A stretch of 64,000 bases of DNA from an uncultured delta proteobacterium (lineage in GTDB: Bacteria; Myxococcota; Kuafuiibacteriia; Kuafuiibacteriales; Kuafuiibacteriaceae). Below are positions 48,124-60,500 of the stretch, in pieces. The stretch covers positions 3,040,001 through 3,104,000 of the forward strand of contig CAWDML010000001.1 in NCBI GenBank assembly GCA_963803435.1, in the 5' to 3' direction. A program made the position numbers and the translations under genes. Numbering within the stretch: the stretch's first letter is position 1; each line of letters begins with the position of its first letter. A model generated the notes under the pieces. That model ran no database searches. It saw only the letters and a program-made list of their open reading frames with translations, and was not told the origin of the DNA.

Positions 48124-49089
48124 CTAGCGAGGGACCACGATCAACGGCCGGCGGATCCTGAACCGTCCCACGATCGGCACGTGGTCGGACAGCTCGTGCC
48201 ACTGGCCCGACTCGAACCCGTACGGATGCGTGTCCTCGAAGTCGAGCCACTCGAGGCCCGGTCCGGCGAAGATGTGGTCGAGCCGCATCTTGAAGTTGAG
48301 GAAGCCTGCGGTCGGCCAGGCGGTCATCAGATCCGCCACCGAGTGTCCGAAGACCTCCGGAAACGGATCCCGCACCGCGAGACGCTCCATGATCAGGTTG
48401 TAGGCCGGCGAGCCGGGGAGCGAGTTGAAGTCGCCCACGATCAGGAACCGCTCCGAGCTGCGCCGTGCCTCCACGAAGCGGGCGAGCGATTCGATCTCCT
48501 TCTCCTGGTTCTTGCCGAAGCCCATGCGCTTCGAGATCCGGAAGACGTCGCGCGACATGAACGCGGGGAGCGAGAGATGCGTGTTGAAGATGTCGACGGT
48601 GTCACCACCGGACGCCACCGTCACGTGCGCGCAGACGCGCGACTGCTTGACCCGCGACATCGGTCCTCTGCGGCGGTGCGTGATGTCGTGGGGGCCGTCG
48701 GCATTGTGCAAGTCTACCTGCACGTCCTCGCGCGTGAGCACCGCCAGCCCGGTGGTGTAGATGCGCGCGCGCGCCACCTGGTAGGTGTGGGCATGGAAGT
48801 AGTGCGCGCGATAGCGGTGCTCCTGCCCGTGGCCGTGGAGCGCCCGATCCAGCGCCTTCATGACGGCCTCGAGCTGGGTCTCGCCGACGTGGCTCGGCGT
48901 GTGGCTGAGCGTGGAGCGCAGCGAGCGGGTCTCCACCTCCTGCAGGCAGATCACGTGCGGGAGGCGCTCGAGTCGGGCGATGGCGTCGGTGATCAGCGAG
49001 ATGGAGCGGCGAGTGGAGGCGGCCCCACGAAACGGCCGGCTGGCGTGCCCGAAGTACCGGACGTTGTACGTCATCACCCGGATGGGCAT
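48124..49089 (-). CDS. Endonuclease/exonuclease/phosphatase (EEP) family protein
   Basis: MTYNV, ICLQEV, NTHL, VGDFNS, RLDHIF, SDHVP. Confidence 0.9.
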   Translation of the reverse strand: MPIRVMTYNVRYFGHASRPFRGAASTRRSISLITDAIARLERLPHVICLQEVETRSLRSTLSHTPSHVGETQLEAVMKALDRALHGHGQEHRYRAHYFHAHTYQVARARIYTTGLAVLTREDVQVDLHNADGPHDITHRRRGPMSRVKQSRVCAHVTVASGGDTVDIFNTHLSLPAFMSRDVFRISKRMGFGKNQEKEIESLARFVEARRSSERFLIVGDFNSLPGSPAYNLIMERLAVRDPFPEVFGHSVADLMTAWPTAGFLNFKMRLDHIFAGPGLEWLDFEDTHPYGFESGQWHELSDHVPIVGRFRIRRPLIVVPR

Positions 49090-49102
49090 CTCTGTTCGCT
49101 CG

Positions 49103-50160
<1,058 letters not shown>

Positions 50161-50164
<4 letters not shown>

Positions 50165-50514
50165 GAGATCGGCGCCCCCACCTCGAACACCAGGTGCTTG
50201 GCGGCCCGGTAGTAAAACAAGCGCCAACCCCAGTCGGTGTTCTCGGGCTGGTCGTCGAGCTTCAGGCCCGAGGTCACGAGCGCACGATAGATCCGATCGA
50301 CCTCGCCCGGCGTCCCCACCTGAAGCGTCACCAGCACGTCGTCCTCGGCGAGCTCGCCGGCCGGCGGATGATGCGCGACCGTGGAGGCGCCCATGTGAAA
50401 CGAGAGGAGCGATCCGTTGTCGATCTCGACCCGGCCCGAGACCACCTGACAGAAACGTCGAAGCGCGTTTCCGTCGTTCTTGAAGAGGCAGACTTGAGCC
50501 AGGTGCGCCGGCAT
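50161..50514 (-). CDS. VOC/glyoxalase-like protein
   Basis: 117 aa; PENTDWGWRLFY...LVFEV. Confidence 0.7.
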
Positions 50515-50765
50515 GCGGAGCCCCTGCTACCGACCGATCGCCGGCGAAGCAAGCGGATGGGGCTCTGCGTCAAAACGACTGAAAAGAATGTGTGTGGAGT
50601 TCCGACTCACCGGTAGGCTGTCATACCGCAAACGAAATGGGCGGTTAGCGGAAAACGACTGGAAAGTCGGGCGCTTGCCCTGCCCTGTGAGCGCCAAAAC
50701 GCGATTGACCGCGAGATCGGGGGCTGGCATTCCGACTCGGAGCGGGCGCTGAACCGCCATTCATT

Positions 50766-52586
50766 ATGCTTCGTACCCTCATCGACGTGCTGCAGCAAGC
50801 AGCTTCGGTCACCCACAAAGGCTACGTCTTCCTGGACGATCGACTCCAGGAGTCGGTGTGGTCCTTTCAGGACCTGGCGCGTGAAGCAGCGCGTCGAGCC
50901 CGCATCTTCCGCACGCTCGGCCTGAACAAGGGCGATCGGATCGCGATGATCGTCCCGGACGGCAAGGACTTCGTCCTCAGCTTCTTCGGCGCGGTGCGTG
51001 CGGGCCTGGTGCCGGTGCCGATGTACCCGCCCCTGGCGCTCGGCAAGCTCGACGCCTACGTCGACGCGGCCGCCCGGATCCTCGAGACCTCCGGCGCGCG
51101 CATGCTGATCACCAGCAAGGCGGTGGCCCCGATCGTCTGGTCCCTCCTCGATCGGGTCGACACCCTCGAGGATCTGCTGCTCACCGAGAAGCTGACCACC
51201 TTCGACGACGCCGCGATCACCGCGACGCTCGACGGCCTGGAGCTCGCGCCCGAGGATCCGTGCTTCCTCCAGTACACCTCGGGCTCCACCGCCGAGCCCA
51301 AGGGCGTGGTGGTGTCGCACGGGAACCTGGTCGCCAACGCCAAGGCGATCATGATCGACGGCCTGAAATCGGATCCGGAGGAGGATCGCGGCGTCAGCTG
51401 GCTCCCGCTCTACCACGACATGGGTCTGATCGGCTTCGTGATCGCCCCGCTGCTCGCGCAGGTGCCGGTGGTGTTCCTGCCGACGCTCAGCTTCGTGAAG
51501 CGGCCGCACATCTGGATGGAGACCTGCGCCAAGTACAAGGGCACGATCACGTTCGCCCCCAACTTCGCGTACGGCCTGGCCGCCAAGCGTGCCCAGGGCA
51601 AGAAGCTCGACTACGACCTCTCCTGCCTGCGGGTGCTGGGGTGCGGCGCCGAGCCGATCAACGCCAAGACGATGCGGACGTTCGTATCGGCGTTCAGCCC
51701 CGCCGGGCTGCGGCCCGAGGCGCTCATGCCCTGCTACGGCATGGCCGAGGCGACGCTGGCGATCAGCTTCGCGAACCTCGACGTGCCGGTGCGGACCGCC
51801 GTGATCAACCGGGCCGCCTACGAAGAGTTCAACCTGGCCGTCCCCTACCAGGGGCTCGACGGGAGCCAGGCCCTCGAGCTGGTCTCCTGCGGGACCACGT
51901 TCCCCGGCCACGAGGTCGCGGTGCTCGACCGGGAGGGCGCGCCGCGTCCCGAGGGCGAGGTCGGCGAGATCGTGGTGCGCGGGCCGAGCATCACCGCCGG
52001 CTACTTCCAGAACGAGGAGGCCACCCGCGCGCTCCTGGCGGACGGCTGGCTCCACACCGGTGACCTCGGCTTCTTCCTCGACGGCGAGCTGTTCGTCTCG
52101 GGTCGCAAGAAGGATCTGATCATCCTCAACGGGAAGAACTACCACCCGCAGGTCTTCGAATGGGAGGTGGAGCAGATCGACGGGATCCGCAAGGGCAACG
52201 TCGTCGCCTTCTCCCGCGCCGGCGAGAACAGCGAAGAGCTGGTGATCGTCGCGGAGGTGAAGGACAACCTGGACCGCGCGGCGCTGGCCGAGTCGGCGAA
52301 GAAGCGGATCCACGAGACCTCCGGCGTCCGCGTCCGCGACGTGGTGCTGCTCGGCGCGGGCGGGCTGCCCAAGACCTCGAGCGGGAAGCTGCAGCGCAGG
52401 AAGACCTGCGAGCTCTACTTCGACGGCAGCATCGGCGCCGAGGGCGATCGCACGCTCGGCTCGACCGCCACCAAGGTCGCGCTGGCGCGGCACGTGACCA
52501 GGAGCGCGTTCGCGCGCGTAAAGCACTCCCTCAAGAAGGGGAGGAGGCTCGTGCCCTTCTTCGGGCGGCGGGCGGAAAGCAGGTAA
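50766..52586 (+). CDS. Fatty acyl-AMP ligase (FAAL)
   Basis: FLQYTSGSTAEPKGV, SWLPLYHDMGLIG, APNFAY, PCYGMAEATL followed by the FAAL-type insertion, LHTGDLGF, GRKKDLII, PKTSSGKLQR. Confidence 0.93.
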   Translation: MLRTLIDVLQQAASVTHKGYVFLDDRLQESVWSFQDLAREAARRARIFRTLGLNKGDRIAMIVPDGKDFVLSFFGAVRAGLVPVPMYPPLALGKLDAYVDAAARILETSGARMLITSKAVAPIVWSLLDRVDTLEDLLLTEKLTTFDDAAITATLDGLELAPEDPCFLQYTSGSTAEPKGVVVSHGNLVANAKAIMIDGLKSDPEEDRGVSWLPLYHDMGLIGFVIAPLLAQVPVVFLPTLSFVKRPHIWMETCAKYKGTITFAPNFAYGLAAKRAQGKKLDYDLSCLRVLGCGAEPINAKTMRTFVSAFSPAGLRPEALMPCYGMAEATLAISFANLDVPVRTAVINRAAYEEFNLAVPYQGLDGSQALELVSCGTTFPGHEVAVLDREGAPRPEGEVGEIVVRGPSITAGYFQNEEATRALLADGWLHTGDLGFFLDGELFVSGRKKDLIILNGKNYHPQVFEWEVEQIDGIRKGNVVAFSRAGENSEELVIVAEVKDNLDRAALAESAKKRIHETSGVRVRDVVLLGAGGLPKTSSGKLQRRKTCELYFDGSIGAEGDRTLGSTATKVALARHVTRSAFARVKHSLKKGRRLVPFFGRRAESR

Positions 52587-52590
52587 CGGG

Positions 52591-53442
52591 ATGGGCTCCA
52601 CCCAACAGGAGGTTCAGGTCTCCTACGACGTCTCGAACGAGTTCTTCCGGCTCTGGCTGGACGAGCGGATGAACTACACCTGCGGCGTCTTCGAGGGCAC
52701 CGACAACCTCGAGGAGGCTCAGGTCAAGAAGCTGAACGTCATTCACGACTTCGCGCACCTGACCCCCGAGAAGCGCGTCCTCGACATCGGCTGCGGCTGG
52801 GGCGCGAACATCGAGTTCCTGGCCCTCGACAAGGGCGTGAAGGACGTCCACGGCGTCACGCTCAGCCCGGCGCAGCACCAGGAGATCCTGCGGCGGAGCA
52901 TCCCCGGCGTGACCGCGCACTGCGTCGACTTCTTCGAGTACGAGCCCGACGACAAGTTCGACGCCCTCACCTCGATCTGCATGATCGAGCACGTCGCCTC
53001 ACCGAAGGAAGCGCGCGAGGGGCGCGCGGTCGATCTGTACCGCCGCTACTTCAAGCGGGCCCATGCGATCACGCGCCCGGGCTCCTGGTTCGGGCTGCAG
53101 ACGATCCTCCGGAACTTCGTCCCGCGGAACAAGGACGACATCCGCGACATCGGCTGGGTCACCTACAAGATCTTTCCCGGCGGGATCACGCCGCGGATGG
53201 AGGACATCGTCCAGGCCGTCAACCCGTACTGGGAGGTGGTCGAGGTCAAGACGCGGCGCGAGGACTACGGCAAGACCTGCTGGCACTGGCGCGATCGGAT
53301 GCGCAAGAACGAGGCGCTGATCCGGCGGGAGTGGGGCGACGAGGTCTTCGACGACTACGACCGTTACCTCAGCACCTGCGTGCGCGCGTTCGACAAGCAC
53401 TATCAATCCCTCGCGCAGTGGTCGCTGCGACGCATCGACTGA
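52591..53442 (+). CDS. SAM-dependent cyclopropane synthase / methyltransferase (CMAS, mycolate-synthase-sized)
   Basis: YDVSNEFFRLWLDERMNYTC, LEEAQVKK, VLDIGCGWG, SICMIEH, IFPGG, YLSTC; 283 aa. Confidence 0.9.
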   Translation: MGSTQQEVQVSYDVSNEFFRLWLDERMNYTCGVFEGTDNLEEAQVKKLNVIHDFAHLTPEKRVLDIGCGWGANIEFLALDKGVKDVHGVTLSPAQHQEILRRSIPGVTAHCVDFFEYEPDDKFDALTSICMIEHVASPKEAREGRAVDLYRRYFKRAHAITRPGSWFGLQTILRNFVPRNKDDIRDIGWVTYKIFPGGITPRMEDIVQAVNPYWEVVEVKTRREDYGKTCWHWRDRMRKNEALIRREWGDEVFDDYDRYLSTCVRAFDKHYQSLAQWSLRRID

Positions 53443-53456
53443 GTTTGGAGAGAGCA

Positions 53457-53699
53457 ATGACCGACAACGACATCATCACCCTGTTCAAAGAGGCCGTTCA
53501 CGAGGTGGACGCGAACACCAAGCTCGAGGATCTCACCACCGGGACCGAGATCGCGAAGCTCGGGCTGGACTCCGTCATGACGATGGAGGTGATCGGCGTC
53601 CTGGAGGAGCGGCTCAACATCCGCTTCCCTGACGAGGACCTGGCGACGCTCAAGAACATCGGCGACCTGACCGCGCTCATCCAGCGCACGGCCGCTTGA
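53457..53699 (+). CDS. Stand-alone acyl carrier protein
   Basis: LGLDSV phosphopantetheine site; 80 aa, acidic; ATG at 53457. Confidence 0.92.
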   Translation: MTDNDIITLFKEAVHEVDANTKLEDLTTGTEIAKLGLDSVMTMEVIGVLEERLNIRFPDEDLATLKNIGDLTALIQRTAA

Positions 53700-53709
53700 G
53701 GAGTCGGAC

Positions 53710-54519
53710 TTGACGAAGAACGAGGCCTTCCGCGAGGCGGTCTATCGCGAGTACATGGACTTCTTCGCACGCGCGGAGAAGAACCGCCGCTGGAACGTCT
53801 TCGAAGACGTGCCGTGGGACGAGCTCAACGAGGGCGCGTACGACGAGCGGGCGGCCCTCTGCACCGAGACCTTCGTCGGCGTCGAGTCGTATCTCCCCGA
53901 CTACGTCTCGGCCGGCATGAACGTCGTGCGGGACATGTTCGGCCAGGCCTGGTTCAGCGCCAACTGGGGCTACGAGGAGTCGAAGCACGCGTTCGCGCTC
54001 CGAGAGTACCTGGTGCGGTCGGGCCAGCGCACGGCCGCCCAGATGTTCGAGTACGAGAAGGAGATCCTGGCGAAGCAGTGGGTGCTCCCCTTCGAGACCG
54101 CCCGCCAGATGACCTTCTACGGCACCGTCCAGGAGCTGGCCACGTTCATGATGTACAAGCACCAGCGCAAGCTCGCCGCCGATCGCGGCGACCTGGTGCT
54201 CGAGACCATCTACGGGTTCATCGCGCGGGACGAGGCCGCCCACGCCGACTTCTACCGGAAGGTGGTCCTGCTCGAGCTCGAAGAAGATCGCGAGGGCACG
54301 ATCAAGGACATGGCGATCGTCTTCTCCGGCTTCCAGATGCCCGGCAAGGATCTGGTGCCCGACTACGCCGCCCGCACCGAGGTGATGCGCGAGACCGGCG
54401 GCGTCGATCGCGCCGCGTTCCTCAAAGAGGTCTGGTTCCCGACGCTCAAGCGGTTGGGCGTCTCCCGTCAGGAAGTGGTCAAGGCGAGCCTGGAGCTGCG
54501 CCGAGCCCGAGCCGCCTGA
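53710..54519 (+). CDS. Soluble di-iron acyl-ACP desaturase (plant stearoyl-ACP desaturase / mycobacterial DesA family)
   Basis: VESYLPDY, WGYEESKH, QELAT, IARDEAAH, FQMPG (two ExxH di-iron motifs). Confidence 0.88.
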   Translation: MTKNEAFREAVYREYMDFFARAEKNRRWNVFEDVPWDELNEGAYDERAALCTETFVGVESYLPDYVSAGMNVVRDMFGQAWFSANWGYEESKHAFALREYLVRSGQRTAAQMFEYEKEILAKQWVLPFETARQMTFYGTVQELATFMMYKHQRKLAADRGDLVLETIYGFIARDEAAHADFYRKVVLLELEEDREGTIKDMAIVFSGFQMPGKDLVPDYAARTEVMRETGGVDRAAFLKEVWFPTLKRLGVSRQEVVKASLELRRARAA

Positions 54520-54541
54520 ACAGCCGCGGGGGCGGCACGCG

Positions 54542-57500
54542 ATGAAGAAGCACGAAGAGTCCCGCCAGCCGATCGCCATCGTGGGCATCGGGTCGCGATT
54601 CCCTCAGGCCGAGGACGCCCGGCGCTTCTGGGACAACATCGAGGCGGGCGCCACCGCCTTCACCGAGATCCCCGAGGATCGCTGGGACCACGCGCTGCTC
54701 TACTCGGCGAACAGCCGCGACGTCGACAAGGCGTGGACGCGGGCGGGTTCGTTCATCGAGAGCTGGAAGGACTTCGCCGCTCTCCACTACGGGATCGCGC
54801 CCCGCCGTCTCGAGGTCATGGATCCGCAGCAGCGGCTCTTGATCGAGGCCACCCGCTGGGCGATCCAGGACGCCGGCTACGAGACCCGCGCCTTTGCCCG
54901 CAAGCGGGCCGGATCGTTCTTTGGCGTCTCCGTCTCCGAGTTCAAGAACGTGGCCGGGGCGCGGATCAGCGCCATGCAGATGGCCGCAGGGGCGTTCGGC
55001 GCGGCCGCCGGCACCCAGGAGCTCCGCGATGCGCTGATGGAGATGGTCCGGCGGGTGGCGCCGATGCGCGCCTTCACGCTGCCGGGATCGCTGCTCAACA
55101 TGAACGCGGCCTCGGTGGCGCAGACCTTCGATCTGGCCGGGCCCGCGTACTCGATCGACGCGGCCTGCGCCTCGTCTTCGGTGGCGATCCACGACGCCAT
55201 CACGATGCTCCGCGCCGGCCTGATCGACGTCGGCATCGCGGGCGGCGTCTACCTCAACCTCTCGCCGGACAACCTGATCGCGTTCACCAAGATCGGCGCG
55301 ATCAGCCCGACCGGCGCCTGCCGCCCCTTCGACGCCCGCGCGGACGGGTTCGTGCAATCCGACGCCGTCGCGGTGCTCTTCCTCAAGCGCCTCGAGGACG
55401 CGCTCGCGGACGACGACCGCATCCACGCGGTGATCCTCGGCAGCGGCTGCAACAACGACGGCCGCGGCGAGGGGCCGATGACGCCGCGGGTCGAGGGACA
55501 GCTCGACGCGCTGCACCTGGCCTACGCGGACGCAGGCGTCTCTCCCGCCTCGATCGCGTACTTCGAGGCCCACGGGACGGCCACCTCGATCGGCGATCCG
55601 GCCGAGGTGACGGCGCTGGGGACGCTGCTCGCGGAGGCGGGCGTGCGCGCCGACGCGCCGGCCGGGATCGGATCGGTGAAGGGCAACATCGGTCACGCGA
55701 TGTCGGCGGCGGGCGTGGCCGGGCTGGTGAAGGCGGTCAAGATGATCGAGCGGCGGACCGTCCCGCCGCAGGCCGGCTTCGAGCGGCCCCACCCGAACCT
55801 GGGCCTCGAGGCCCACCCGCTCTTCATCGCCAAGACGCCGATGCCGCTCGAGGCCCGAGAAGGCGGACCGCTCCGGGTGGCGGTCAGCTCGTTCGGCTTC
55901 GGCGGTACCAACTCGCACTTGATCCTCGAGGAGCCTCCGCGGCGCGCCCGCGCCGAGCCGATCGATCGGCCGATCGAGCTCGAGCTGGACGCGCCGAGCG
56001 CGCCGCCCGAGGCGGTCCTCGTCACCGCGCCCACGACGCCGCTCCTCGTCGCCCATCTGGCGGCGCTGGCCCGCACCGTCGAAGCGCACGGCGATCGGAT
56101 CTCGCTGGCGGACCTGGCGTACACGCTCAACGTGCGCCGGACCCGCGAGCGCATCCGCGCCGTGATCGGAGCCCGCACCGCGCGGGAGCTCCTCGAGAAC
56201 CTCCAGCGCGCCGCCACCGCGCTCACGGGCGATCCGGCGCTGCCGGTCGCGATCTCCAAGGACGTCCAGATCTTCGACTCGGGCCAGCCGGGCACCCCGC
56301 CGCCGCGCATCTGCCTGCTCTATCCGGGACAGGGCGCGCAGAAGGTCGGGCTGCTGTCGGACTGGCGCGAGCGCTTCTCCGTCTTCGCCGAGGCCTTCGA
56401 GTCCCTCTCCGCCGCCGCCGGTGATCTCCTCCCGCGCTCGCTCACCGACTACCTGTATCCCGTGAAGGCCGACGCCGCCGCCGAGAAGACGCTCGAGGCC
56501 ACCGAGGTCTGCCAGCCGGTGATGTGCGCGCTGGGGCTGGCGGCCAAGGCGTTGCTCGACGCGTGCGGCGTCGAGCCGGCTGTCTCGCTGGGTCACAGCC
56601 TGGGCGAGTTCGCAGCGATGGCCTCGGGCGGGGCGCTCGATCCCCACCGCGCCGTCGAGCTGGTCGCCCGGCGCGGCCGGATGATGCGCGATCTGGGCCT
56701 CGAGGATCCGGGCGCGATGGCTGCGGTCATGGCCGATGCCGCCACCGTGAAGAAGGCGATCTCGGGGATCGAGAAGGTGGTGCTCGCGAACTTCAACCAT
56801 CCGCGTCAGGTCGCGATCAGCGGGACCACCGAGGCGGTCAACCTGGCCTGCAAGAAGCTCGAGGCGCAGAGGATCGAGGTGCGGCGGCTGCCCGTCTCGC
56901 ACGCGTTCCACTCGCCGTTGCTCGAGGGGATGAGGTCCCAGGTCGAGGACATGATCTCGGATCTCGAGGTCGCCTCGCCGACGCACCCGATCGCGTCGTG
57001 CATCGCGGAGCGCGCGCACGAGACCGCCGCGTCGATCCGTCCGACCATGATCGCGCACGCGACCGCGCCGGTGCAGTTCGCCCGCGGCCTCGAACAGGCC
57101 CGCGCCGCCGGGGCGCGCGTGTTCGTCCAGGTCGGGGCCGGTGGGATGCTGACCTCGTTCGCGCGGGCCACGCTGGGCACGGACGCGCTCGGCGTGACGC
57201 TGGCGGGTCTCGAGCCCGACGGCGGCTACGAGCTGTTGCGCGGCCTCTGCACGCTCGCTGCCCTCGGGCACGCCGTCGACCTCTCGGCGGCCTACCGCGG
57301 CGAGCAGCGGCGGGTGGTCGAGCTGCCCGAGACCCCGCTCCCGCGGGAGCCGTACTGGATCGTGAAGACCCAGCCGCAGCCGAAGCCGGAGCTCCTGGGG
57401 CCGTTCCCCGAGGGTGACCGCGTCGAGCTGTCGACGGCGGAGAAGCAGGCGGACACCGGCCTGGTCGACCTCTTCCGCCGGCAGGCCGAGGTCCTGGAGC

Positions 57501-60500
57501 GACACGCGGAGATCATCGCGGCGCAGAACCGCGTGCTCCTCGGCGAGGCCGCGGTCGACGGAGGCCAGGCGGCGGTCACCGCGATCGAGCAGCAGGTGCG
57601 GGAGACGCTGGCCGAGCCCACGCCAGTTCCGATCCCGAGCGCCGTTCCCTCTCCGGCGCCGAGCGCGGTCCCCGTGCCGAGCGCGGTCGCAGCGCCGGCG
57701 GCGACCGGGTCCGACGATCTGCGCGAGCGGGTCTTCGAGATCGTGGCGCGCATCAGCGCGTTCCCGCGTCCGAGCATCCGGGCCGACCAGCGCCTGGTGG
57801 GCGAGCTGGGCTTCGACTCGCTGATGATCACCGACCTGGGTGATGCGCTCACCAGGTCGTTTCCCGATCGCGCGACGCTACCGGCCTCGATTTCTTCAGC
57901 GTCGACACCACGGTCGAGGACATTGCCGAGGCGCTGGCCCGCGGCCCCGCAGCGCCCGCGGCCGAGCCCGAGCCGGAGGAGGAGCCCAACGCCGCGGCGC
58001 CGGCCCCGGCTACGCGCTACCGTCCGGTCCCCCGCGCGCAAGACCGAGTGGCGCTCTCGCCTCACGATCCCCTCCGGTGAGACCTGGCTGGTCACCGAGG
58101 ACGACTCCGAGCTGGGCCGCCTGCTGGCCGCCGAGCTGGAGAAGCGCGGCGCCAAGGTCGCGCGGGTCCGCTTCCTCCAGAACGGCGCCGCCGCCCCGGC
58201 CAAGCTCGGCTTCACGGCGCTCAACGTGTGGCCGGAGTCCTTTGCGGAGGGGCTTGCGGGCGCCCTCGAGAAGTCCGGCATCAACGTCGACGGTCTGATC
58301 CACGGCGCCGGGCTCGGCGTGTCGAACGCCTCCGACTTCGTGAACCCGATTGCGGTGCTCCACCCGCTGATTGCCAAGCTGACCGTACCCCGCATCGCGG
58401 TGCTCACGGCCCTCGGAGCCAAGCTCGGCCTCGAGCAGACGCCGGAGCTCTCCAAGAACATCCTCCAGGGCGCGCTGACCGGGTACACCAAGGCCCTCGC
58501 CCGCGAGCGGACCGGATCGATTGTACGGGCCTTCGACCTCGATCCGAACCGCCCCGCCGCCGCCAACGCCGAGGCCGTGATCGACGAGCTCCTCTCCGGC
58601 GAATCTCACCGCCGAGGTCGGGCTCGGCGCCGCCCGCGTGGTCGCCGAGCTGGTGCCGGACGACTCGCGGGGAGCGCTGCGGGAGATCCGTCCCGACGAC
58701 GTCGTCGTGATCACCGGTGGCGCCGGCGAGATCGGCAGCCGGCTGGCGCGACACCTGGCGGCCAAGCATCCCAAGGCGCTGCTGCTGGTGGGCCGTAGCC
58801 GCGAGAATCCGGAGATCCGCGCGCTTCTCGGCGAGCTCGACCAACACACGCGTGCCTTCTACGCGAGCGCCGACGTGACGGATGCTGGAAGCCTGATCAC
58901 GGCCACCAAGCCGCTGATCGATCGCGTGGGTCCGGCGACGATTGCGATCCACGCCGCCGGTTCCATCGAGGACGCGCCGGCCTCGAAGAAGACGCTCGAG
59001 AGCGTTCACCGGGTGATGAACGTGAAGGTGCGTGGGCTGCAAGCTGTCCTGCGCACGTTCCCAAAGCTCAAGGACCTGGTCCTGTTCACCTCCTGGGCGG
59101 GCCGCTTTGGCAACGCGGGTCAGGTCGACTATTCGGCCGCCAACGGGCTCCTCGATCAGGTCGCGGTGGCCGGCATCGGCACCACGCGCGTGGTCGCGAT
59201 CGCGTGGCCGCCGTGGTCCTCGACCGCGATGGTGGCGACGATCCCCGATCCGGTGAAGAAGGCGATGCGCGCCGAGGGCGTCACGTTCCTCGGCGACGAA
59301 GAGGGGTTGGCCCTCTTCGACGAGGTCTTCGAGCACGGCCTCTACGGCATCCAGGTGGTGGGCCGCCAGCTCCCGTCATGGGAGACGCGGGCGCAGCACG
59401 AGGAGCTCTTCGACGAGAACGCCCATCCCTATCTCGCGGATCACCGCCTGAAGGGCCGCATGGTGGTTCCGCTCGCTTCGGCCGCGGATTTGATCGCGTG
59501 GACGTTCGCCGAGACCGCCACCTCCAGCGGCGCGCTGGTGCTCGAGAATCTCCAGCTCGGACGCGGACTCTTCGCCGGCGACCGCGCCGTGGTCGGCCTC
59601 GCCGGCAAGCACACGACCGATCGCGACGGCGCCCGCGTCCAGATCCGGACCAGCGCCGGCGTCGCGTACCGCGCCGAGCTCCGCACCTTGCGCGGCGTCG
59701 AGCTCGCAGGCTTCACGCTCGAGGGGGGGAGCTCGGCGGCGACGCTCTCGCTCGACCGCTTCTACTCCGATCACACCTTCCACGGTCCGCGGCTCCGCGG
59801 GATCGAGAAGGTCCGGCGCGTGACCTCCGAGGGGATCGAGGGCGTCGTGCGCCGCGCGGCGATCCGCGAGTGGATGCCGAAGAGCGGGCGCGACGGCTGG
59901 ACGATCGATCCCTTGGTGCTCGACGGCAGCTTCCAGCTGGCCGCCTACTGGCTCGCGATCCACCACGGCCGCGTCGGCTTCCCGCTCGGCTTCGATCGCC
60001 TGACCTTGCTCCGACCGTTCGGCGACAAGCCCATCCTCTGCCGCCTGCACGTCCGCGACGTCGGCCCCGAGACGTTCGCCGGCGACATCTACTACACCGA
60101 CGATCTCGGCACCGCCTACGCCCTCCTGGAGAACGTGCGCGGCCGCTTCGCCGAGGTCCGCGCCCCGGCCTCGGAGCCGCTCGACGTTCCCAAGGAGAGC
60201 TGGGACATCGCCTCCTTCCCCGAGATCGAACAGCTCGATCAGCGCTTCCAGATGGCCGAGCTGATCGGGCTGCGCAACCCGTACTTCCACGTCCACTCCG
60301 GCACCGCGAAGAACGTGAGCGTGGTCGACGGCGTGGAGATGGTGAACTTCTCCAGCTACAACTATCTCGGCTACTCCGGACACCCGGAGGTGGTGGCGTC
60401 GGCGCAGCAGGCGATCGCGCGCTATGGAACGTCCGTCTCGGCCAGCCGCGTCGCCTCGGGCGAGCGCCCGATCCACCGCGAGCTCGAGCTCGGGATCGCG

